From positions 62,001 to 126,000 of the forward strand of contig NIVC01000299.1 of the NCBI GenBank assembly GCA_002269645.1: a DNA stretch of 64,000 nucleotides, written 5' to 3'. The position numbers and the translations under genes were made by a program. Below are positions 35,872 through 44,564 of the stretch, one piece after another. The notes below the pieces were generated by a model. It saw nothing but the letters and a program-made list of their open reading frames with translations, had not been told where the DNA came from and did not search any database. Source of the stretch: Macrostomum lignano (Eukaryota). Within the stretch, counting starts at the first letter, position 1, and every line of letters begins with the position of its first letter.

Positions 35872-36954
35872 TCATTTGCCGTGCAGCTCCGGCAAAATTC
35901 GGCCCTTCTTTTTTGCGCGCTCGATTTTGCGCTTTACTCGCGCCTCCCCGCGCGCCCGAATGTTGGCGCGCCGGCGCTCCTGGCGCTCCGTCTGGCGCTG
36001 CTCCACGCCGGCCTGGCGCTCCTGCCATTTGCGCGCCTTCACGCGCCGCATCTTCGCCTGGCGCTTGGCTGTGCGCGCCAGCCGGGCCGGGTCGTCCTTC
36101 ACCTTCACGCCCTCGGCGCGGGCCATTGCGCGCTCCCACCGCGCCTTCTCCTCCAGGCGGGCCGCCGCCTCGGGATTGGAAGATTTCATCGCCTCGATGC
36201 GGCGCCGCTGACGCTCGAGGTCGGCGCCGGCGGTGGTGGGCACCAGGCGGCGCTCCAGCTGCTTGCGCTGCCGCTTGCGCGTCTCGGCGGCGGCCCGGCT
36301 GCCGGTGGTCTCCGAGCCCAGCAACTCCTCCTTGGCAACCAGGTCGAACTTTGAGTACAAGATTTTGCCGTCTTTGTTGTACTTGGGCTGGCTGCCCGAC
36401 TGCTGCTTCTGCTGCTGCTGGTTCGGCTGAGTCTCATTGGCGGCCGCCAGGTTTTGCACCCGGCGCTTCAGGGTCGCCTCTTTGCGCTTCAGGCTGCGCC
36501 GCTTCTTGCCGCGGTCGCCAGAAGCCGTGGGTTGCGCGTTTCGCTGCTGGCGCAGCTGCTCCATGCGGGCCTGCAGCTTCTGCTGCAGCTCCTGCCTGGT
36601 GGCCGCCGCCTTCTCCGACTTCGATGGCTGCTGCTGAGTAGCCAGCTTCATCACTGGCTCAACGACGGATGAAGAATGTGAAACTGTCGAATCAGTTTTC
36701 AGTTTCTTCTGCTTTTTCTTCGACACCTGATTGAGCTTGCCGAGGGCCGTCAGGACTTTGGCCGGGTCGGCGAAGTCCGGATCGAAGCGGAGCCGCCGAA
36801 TGCCGCCGCCGCTGCCCAGGCGGTTCAGCTGCTGGCGCTGCTCGGAGCTGAGGTACAGCGACACCGGCAGCAGGCCGAGACAGCGGGACAGCTGGCTGGC
36901 GGCATCCGCTGCTGCGGAGTCTGCCGCTGATTCTGAGGCTGTTGTCGCTTCCAT
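35872..36954 (-). CDS. SURF6: Surfeit locus protein 6 (nucleolar, Rrp14 family), intronless, 360 aa
   Basis: YNKDGKILYSKFDL, W..AMARAEGVKVKDDPARL, KWQER, C-terminal KKKGRILP. Confidence 0.9.
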   Translation of the reverse strand: MEATTASESAADSAAADAASQLSRCLGLLPVSLYLSSEQRQQLNRLGSGGGIRRLRFDPDFADPAKVLTALGKLNQVSKKKQKKLKTDSTVSHSSSVVEPVMKLATQQQPSKSEKAAATRQELQQKLQARMEQLRQQRNAQPTASGDRGKKRRSLKRKEATLKRRVQNLAAANETQPNQQQQKQQSGSQPKYNKDGKILYSKFDLVAKEELLGSETTGSRAAAETRKRQRKQLERRLVPTTAGADLERQRRRIEAMKSSNPEAAARLEEKARWERAMARAEGVKVKDDPARLARTAKRQAKMRRVKARKWQERQAGVEQRQTERQERRRANIRARGEARVKRKIERAKKKGRILPELHGK

Positions 36955-37084
36955 GAATGCGTTCGGTAATGGTTCAAATAAAAAATAATGTCCTTTTACA
37001 CTACTAGCTGAAAGTAGTTTGAACGAGTGTCACTATCCGATCACTTTATTAAGAGGCTGACTAGGGCAATTTTTGAGGACCAAG

Positions 37085-37798
37085 GATGGCTGAATGGCGA
37101 CTCCTGAGGAGTGAATGGCGATTCTTGAGGAGTGAATGGCGATTCATGAGGGTGAATGGCGTTTCTTGAGGAGTGAACGGCGATTCTTGAGGAGTGAATG
37201 GCGATTCCTGAGAAGTGAATGGCGATTATTGAGGAGTGAATGGCGATTCCTGAGAAGTGAATGGCGATTCTTGTGGAGTGAATGGCGACTCTTGAGGAGT
37301 GAATGGCGATTCCTGAGAAGTGAATGGCGATTATTGAGGAGTGAATGGCGATTCCTGAGAAGTGAATGGCGATTCTTGTGGAGTGAATGGCGATTCCTGA
37401 GAAGTGAATGGCGACTCTTGAGGAGTGAATGGCGATTCCTGAGAAGTGAATGGCGATTCCTGAGAAGTGAATGGCGATTCTTGTGGAGTGAATGGCGATT
37501 CCTGAGAAGTGAATGGCGACTCTTGAGGAGTGAATGGCGATTCCTGAGAAGTGAATGGCGATTATTGAGGAGTGAATGGCGATTCCTGAGAAGTGAATGG
37601 CGATTCTTGTGGAGTGAATGGCGATTATTGTGGAGTGAATGGCGATTATTGTGGAGTGAATGGCGATTTCTGAGAAGTGAATGGCGATTCTTGAGTAGTG
37701 AATGGCGATTTTTGAGGAGTGAATGGCGATTCTAGAGGAGTGAATGGCGATTCTTGAGGAGTGAATGGCGATTATTGTGGAGTGAATGGCGATTCTTG
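37085..37798. repeat. 21-bp minisatellite upstream of SURF6
   Basis: Unit gagtgaatggcgattcttgag; gives the RFLRSEW pseudo-ORF. Confidence 0.93.
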
Positions 37799-38554
37799 AA
37801 AGGGGAAAAATGGCCAGGTGTCACAGCACTTGAGGACTGAAGGGCGATTCGTGTGACCCAAAAGGGGGGCGGCTGGGAGCGAGGCAAACGGGAAAGGCCA
37901 GAGAGAAAGTGTAAAAAGTAAGCCGAGTTCGCAGAGCTCGGAGGCAGTTGCTGATTAAACACGGCACAGAAAAAAACGCATCAAAAGTGAGGCAGAGAAA
38001 CCCGTCTGGATGGCAAAAAGTCTCCGCTGCAGCCGTGCCCGGAACGGTTATTAAACTAATTAATTGTGCTCAGCCCCTACCGCTAATGACTCTCTCTATC
38101 CTCACCTGCGTGAGAAGTCCACAGTAAATAAAAACTTGTTAACTAATAGGAAAATAACATTTTATCAAACAGAATCCAGTGTATTTTACAGTTTTCATCT
38201 CATTACACAAAATATGATTTATTACTTAAATTGAAGTAAACTGTAAATGCGATCATATAGTAACAAGCAGGTACGGGTTTGTATAGGCAATCATTGACAT
38301 TGGCTTCTCAACACTAATACATTTCAGACTAACACTTGACAAGCTTCACGAACACTGACTCAATGATGAGTTGGCTCCGTGACTTCCAGTGCTGCTAGTA
38401 AGAGCTAGGAAGGACTCAGATTAACGGTGCTCTGACACCCCTTCCCACGAGACTTACAAGGCTTTTTGGGCTTTTAGGCTTGAAATCTGTAACTCGCTGA
38501 GATTAACAAATATTCTCAGTTCCACTAATCTAAATCTCCAATCCGTAAACTTTC

Positions 38555-38980
38555 CATGTTCCCAGACTTCCCAACCCCCAAGCTTCCCCTTACCGCAGAC
38601 TTCCCAATCCCCAAGCTTCCCCCATCCCTCAGACTTCCCAATCCCCAAGCTTCCCCCATCCCTCAGACTTCCCAATCCCCAAGCTTCCCCATCCCTCAGA
38701 CTTCCCAATCCCAGCTTCCCCATCCCCCAGACTTCCCAATCCCCAAGCTTCCCCATCCCTCAGACTTCCCAATCCCCAAGCTTTCCCATCCCTCAGACTT
38801 CCCAATCCCCAAGCTTTCCCATCCCTCAGACTTCCCAATCCCCAAGCTTCCCCATCCCTCAGACTTCCCAATCCCCAAGCTTCCCTCATCCCTCAGACTT
38901 CCCAATCTCCAAGCTTCCCCATCCCTCAGACTTCCCAATCCCCAAGCTTCCCCATCCCTCAGACTTCGCAATCCCCAAGT
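38555..38980. repeat. 33-bp minisatellite just 3' of the RCC1 gene stop
   Basis: Unit cagacttcccaatccccaagcttccccatccct. Confidence 0.92.
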
Positions 38981-38989
38981 TGAACTTTC

Positions 38990-41900
38990 TCAAACCGAGT
39001 TTCCCACCAGCTCAAAGTCCGGCTCTCCTTGATGCTCAGACAGCAGCGCAAAAGTGCAGCCGCCGCCAGCGAAGACGGCAGCGGGATCAGCCGGGATCCG
39101 CGCCACCGGCCGCGGCTCGGGCAGGAACTCGGCGTCCGAGTCAGCGCCGCAGATGCCGTGCTCGTTCCAGCCCCAGCACAGCAGCAGCCGCTTGGCACCA
39201 GCCGTAACCAGGCAGGCCGAGTGCTCGGAGCCGCTGGCGGCCTGCAGGACTCGCCAGCCGGCCGGCGTGGCCACCGGGAGTGGCCGCCAGGCGTCTCCAG
39301 ACCGGCCCAGCTGGCCGAGGTCGCGGCGGCCCCAGCTGAGCAGGCGGCCGCTGCAGGTCAGCAGCAGCAGGTGGGACCAGCCCGAGTGCAGCGACACGAT
39401 CGGATCCGCTGTCTGCTCCGCCCCCTGATCCGCTGTCTGCTCCGCCCCATCAGCCGCCAGCGCACCCAGCGGCACGGGCCTGTCGAACGCGATTCCCAAT
39501 TCGGGCGGCCGGCCGCACTGGCCGTGCCGATTGTCGCCCCAGACGAAGAGTCTGCCAGGCCCGGCGGTGAGCACGGCTGTGTGGCCGGTGCCCGCTGCTG
39601 CAGCCACCGCCGGCTCCGACAGCGACTCCACCAGGCCTGGCTCCGGGCCGCCCGAGCGACCGAGCTGGAAATTTTCAATCAACATTCAATACCTGCTTTG
39701 TGAACCCCCTACCTCTTCTCCACCCCTTCAATCCACCCTCTACTTCCGCTCCGCCTCCGCCCCTACAATCCTCCCTCTACCTACGCTCCGCCCCTACAAT
39801 CCTCCCTCTACCTACGCTCCGCCCCTACAATCCTCCCTCTACCTACGCTCCGCCCCTACAATCCTCCCTCTACCTACGCTCCGCCCCTACAATCCTCCCT
39901 CTACCTACGCTCCGCCCCTACAATCCTCCCTCTACCTACGCTCCGCCCCTACAATCCTCCCTCTACCTACGCTCCGCCCCTACAATCCTCCCTCTACCTA
40001 CGCTCCGCCCCTACAATCCTCCCTCTACCTACGCTCCGCCCCTACAATCCTCCCTCTACCTACGCTCCGCCCCTACAATCCTCCCTCTACCTACGCTCCG
40101 CCCCTACAATCCTCCCTCTACCTACGCTCCGCCCCTACAATCCTCCCTCTACCTACGCTCCGCCCCTACAATCCTCCCTCTACCTACGCTCCGCCCCTAC
40201 AATCCTCCCTCTACCTACGCTCCGCCCCCTCTATTCGCCCTACTTCCGCTCTGCTCTCGCACCTGTCCCCGCCGTCCGCAGCCCCAGGTGACGACCCGCC
40301 CCAGCCGGCGGGTGCAGGCCACGCCGTGCCGCATGCCTGCCGCGCAGACGGCGATTCCCTCGTCCCCGACCTCCGCTGGAATCGGCACCAACGCGGGCTG
40401 GCGGCAAACCCGGGCTCCGCCTCCACCGCCGAGTCCGCACTGGCCCCGGCTGTTGTTCCCCAGCGCCCACAGGCGGGCGTCGGCGTCCAACAGCAGGCTG
40501 AAATCCCAGCCAGCCGAGGCAGCGACAATTCTTGGCGCAGCGGCAAGCGAAGGCGCGGGGGCGAACAGAAGGCCGCCGGAGCCGCCAGCCTGGCCGCACT
40601 GGTCCCAGCCGCAGGACAGTGGCGTCCGCAGTTCGCCGCCCAAAATTATCGAATGGCCGCCGCCGATAACAACGGAAATTGAGCCAAACGTTTGACCGGA
40701 AGTAGACACGGATGCCTGCCCGGAAGTAGACACGGATGTTTGACCGGAAGTAGACACGGATGTTTGACCGGAAGTAGACACGGATGTTTGGCCGGAAGTA
40801 GACACGGATGTTTGACCGGAAGTAGACATGGATGTTTGGCCGGAGGTAGACACGGATGTTTGACCGGAAGTAGACACGGATGTTTGACCGGAAGTAGACA
40901 CGGATGTTTGACCGGAAGTAGACACGGATGCCTGCCCGGAAGTAGACACAGATGTTTGACCGGAAGTAGACACGGATGCCTGCCCGGAAGTAGACACGGA
41001 TGTTTGGCCGGAAGTAGACACGGGTGCCTGCCCGGAAGTAGACATGGATGTTTGGCCGGAAGTAAACACGGATGTTAGACCGGAAGTAGACATGGATGTT
41101 TGGCCGGAAGTAGACACGGATGCCTGCCCGGAAGTAGACATGGATGTTTTGCCGGAAGTAAACACGGATGTTTGACCGGAAGTAGACACAGATGTTTGAC
41201 CGGAAGTAGACACGGATGTTTGACCGGAAGTAGACACGGATGTTTGACCGGAAGTAGACACGGATGTTTGACCGGAAGTAGACACGGATGCCTGCCCGGA
41301 AGTAGACACAGATGTTTGACCGGAAGTAGACACGGATGCCTGCCCGGAAGTAGACACGGATGTTTGGCCGGAAGTAGACACGGGTGCCTGCCCGGAAGTA
41401 GACATGGATGTTTGGCCGGAAGTAAACACGGATGTTAGACCGGAAGTAGACATGGATGTTTGGCCGGAAGTAGACACGGATGCCTGCCCGGAAGTAGACA
41501 TGGATGTTTTGCCGGAAGTAAACACGGATGTTTGACCGGAAGTAGACACAGATGTTTGACCGGAAGTAGACACGGATGTTTGACCGGAAGTAGACACGGA
41601 TGCCTGCCCGGAAGTAGACACGGATGTTTGACCGGAAGTAGACACGGATGCCTGCCCGGAAGTAGACACAGATGTTTGGCCGGAACTCATGTCTAACACG
41701 TCACCGGAAGTGGATTCCAATTTAGCTTCAAGATCTGTATTAGAAATAATACCGGAAGTGCAATCGGAAATTCCAGACGCCAGAGACACCGCGGCTGGCC
41801 GGCCGGAATCGATAGCATGGCCTTGGCCGAGCTGCCCGTAGGAATTGGCGCCCCAGCTGAACAGGCAATACGCGCGTCCGAAAGGAAGCGGCCGCGCTGC

Positions 41901-42271
41901 CCGACTCTGGCCGAGATGCGACTGGAATTGATTGAATAAAAAATTCTTTTTGACTTTTTATCAAAGTAAGAAAAAAAAGTAATTTTCGATACATATCGGC
42001 AACGTAAGTTTTGGACAACAAAAGAGTAATAATAAGCGAAAAAAGGAATTAGCTAATGCTATAAAAACAGCTCACCCCGAAACTTGGGGACCAACAAGTT
42101 CATAGCCCAGAGGCATTGGCAGTTATATTATTGTAATGCATAACGAATTTTATATGAAGATCTGCGTTATGTTGAACGCTCAGCAAATACAGCACATTGC
42201 GGAATTTAATATTGAGGCACACTTTCTCCGACGAGAGTAAGGAAGGATAAAAAGAGGGAGACAGGGAGACG

Positions 42272-42328
<57 letters not shown>

Positions 42329-42775
42329 GGAAGACAGGATAGATTAAGAGAGAGACAGGAGAGAGAGAGAGACAGGGTGAGAGGGAGACAGGAGAGATTA
42401 AGAGAGAGACAGGGTGAGAGGGAGACAGGAGAGATTAAGAGAGAGACAGGGGTGAGAGGGAGACAGGGTGAGAGGGAGACAGGAGAGATTAAGAGGGAGA
42501 CAGGGTGAGAGGGAGACAGGAGAGATTAAGAGAGAGACAGGGGTGAGAGGGAGACAGGGTGAGAGGGAGACAGGAGAGATTAAGAGAGACAGGGGTGAGA
42601 GGGAGACAGGGGTGAGAGGAAGACAGGGTGAGAGGGAGACAGGAGTGAGAGGGAGACAGGAGAGATTGAGAGAGACAGGGCTGAGAGGGAGACAGGGTGA
42701 GAGGGAGACAGGAGAGATTAAGAGAGACAGGGATGAGAGGGAGACAGGGAGATGAGGCCTCACACCAGCTGCCAT
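38990..42775 (-). CDS. SERGEF: RCC1-repeat protein, SERGEF/DelGEF-like
   Basis: Exons: tentative 42775-42764 (MAAG, donor GTGAGG); 41921-40263 (after acceptor attccag; open for 553 codons including the 24-bp array); 39664-38990 (GRRGQ|LGRSGG junction). Blades: LFSWGANSYGQLGQGH, IGGGHSII, AGWDFSLL..LWALGNNSRGQCG, AAGMRHG..VVTWGCGRRGQLG, GTGHT..LFVWGDNRHGQCG, HSGWSHLL..LLSWGRRDLGQLG, SGSEHS..LCWGWNEHGICG. The start codon and the status of the repeat are uncertain. Confidence 0.75.
39760..40228. repeat. 31-bp minisatellite in RCC1 gene intron
   Basis: Unit ctacgctccgcccctacaatcctccctctac; period 31 (39781 vs 39812). Confidence 0.95.
40692..41700. repeat. 24-bp minisatellite, ~42 copies, in frame within the RCC1 ORF
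   Basis: Unit ccggaagtagacacggatgtttga; minus-strand translation (SVSTSGQT/A)n; 360-bp higher-order duplication (41041 = 41401). Confidence 0.95.
42255..42755. repeat. (GA)n plus purine-rich composite minisatellite
   Basis: (ga)n followed by gacagggtgagaggga and gacaggagagattaagagaga units. Confidence 0.9.
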
Positions 42776-42981
42776 AATCGGTGAGTTCTGAAGGCCCCGA
42801 GTTGCCGCAGGCGCACTGAAGATTCGAATGCGCTTGCAGCCAACAGGCATGCACAGTGAACAAATACGAATATTGATGGAATACGTTCACAAACAAAATG
42901 AGCTGGGTTATTACGGTGGACACATTAAATAAAGCATAGAGCAGGGATTAGCGCAATTAAGCACGCACAACAGCAACCAGT

Positions 42982-43350
42982 TCATAAATAGGCATGACCC
43001 CAAGTTTCAACCGTCTTTCTGTTGCCACACAGTCGGAAAATGCAAAAGAGTGCGCATGCTCCCCAGTGGCAGTCAGGCAATCTTGAATATAGAGTGCTCA
43101 CAATTTGAGAACATTTCCTACGGCACCAGCCTGAGCCACTCAGCGACCCTCTTTGTGCCAGCTGGATGGCTTTCAATCGCTTCATCGCTCCCAGCTGCCT
43201 GATTTCAAAATCGCCGACCTCTCTCTGGCTATCTATCAGGCGGGACAGAAGCCTGTCAAACTCCTGGCTGTGCTCAAACCCTTCAAGTACTGAAGCCAAG
43301 GGAGGAAGCAAATTCTGTCTCAAGGCTGTAAAGCAGCACTGATGATTCAT
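42982..43350 (-). CDS. Unassigned small ORF (122 aa from ATG 43350)
   Basis: Non-repetitive open frame MNHQCCFTALRQNLLPPLASVLEGFEHSQEFDRLLSRLIDSQ..., preceded by acceptor-like gttctctcag at 43363. No family recognised. Confidence 0.3.
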   Translation of the reverse strand: MNHQCCFTALRQNLLPPLASVLEGFEHSQEFDRLLSRLIDSQREVGDFEIRQLGAMKRLKAIQLAQRGSLSGSGWCRRKCSQIVSTLYSRLPDCHWGACALFCIFRLCGNRKTVETWGHAYL

Positions 43351-43419
43351 TGCATAGAGAACCTGAGAGAACGGCTTCAACTAAATTCTAGATTGGACAA
43401 AATTCCGGCTGGGAATAAC

Positions 43420-44410
43420 GTCCAGCTGGGACTAACTTCCGGTTTGGACTAACTTCCGGTTGGGACTAACTTCCAGCTGGGACTAACTTCCGGTTGGAAC
43501 TAACTTCCGGTTGGGACTAACTTCCGGTTGGAACTAACTTCCAGCTGTGACTAATTTCCGGTTGGGACTAATTTCCGCTTGGAACTAACTTCCAGCTGGG
43601 ACTAACTTCCGGTTGGAACTAACTTCCAGTTGGGACTAACTTCCGGTTGGAACTAACTTCCAGCTGGGACTAACTTCCGGTTGGAACTAACTTCCGGTTG
43701 GGACTAACTTCCGGTTGGGACTAACTTCCGGTTGGAACTAACTTCCAGCTGTGACTAATTTCCGGTTGGGACTAATTTCCAGCTGGGACTAACTTCCGGT
43801 TGGAACTAACTTCCAGTTGGGACTAACTTCCGGTTGGAACTAACTTCCAGCTGTGACGAATTTCCGGTTGGGACTAATTTCCGCTTGGAACTAACTTCTA
43901 GCTGGGACTAACTTCCGGTTTGGACTAACTTCCGGTTGGGACTAACTTCCAGCTGGGACTAACTTCCGGTTGGAACTAACTTCCGGTTGGGACTAACTTC
44001 CGGTTGGAACTAACTTCCAGCTGTGACTAATTTCCGGTTGGGACTAATTTCCGCTTGGAACTAACTTCCAGCTGGGACTAACTTCCGGTTGGAACTAACT
44101 TCCAGCTGGAACTAACTTCCAGCTGGGACTAACTTCCAGTTGGAACTAACTTCCAGCTGGGACTAACTTCCGGTTGGGACTAATTTCCGCTTGGAACTAA
44201 CTTCCAGCTGGGACTAACTTCCGGTTGGGACTAACTCTTACGGTTGGGACTAACTTCCGGTTGGAAATAACTTCCGTTGGGACTAACTTCCGGTTGGGAC
44301 TTCCAGCTGGGACTAACTTCCGGTTGGAACTAACTTCCAGCTGGGACCAACTTGCGGTTGAGACTAATTTCCTGTCGGGACCAACTTCCGCTAGGGACTA
44401 ACTTCCGGTT
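43420..44410. repeat. 17-bp minisatellite between TAF3 and the RCC1 gene
   Basis: Units gggactaacttccggtt and ggaactaacttccagct; period 17. Confidence 0.93.
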
Positions 44411-44564
44411 GAAAAAAGCTTGCGATAAGAGCGGTTTCGTTGATACCAAGTTCTAGTTTCGATTTCACTTCCGATAAAGTATAAAGCGCAATATTTTTGA
44501 CTGTCTTTTAAAATGCTATTCCTGTTAGATTAGTTGCCATAGCAACGACACACGGCAGCAGCCC

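Noticed and set aside
43141-43293. Plus-strand peptide PDFKIADLSLA resembling an adenosylhomocysteinase N-terminus or a kinase motif
   Set aside because: The frame is short and closed by stops on both sides, and the similarity does not extend.
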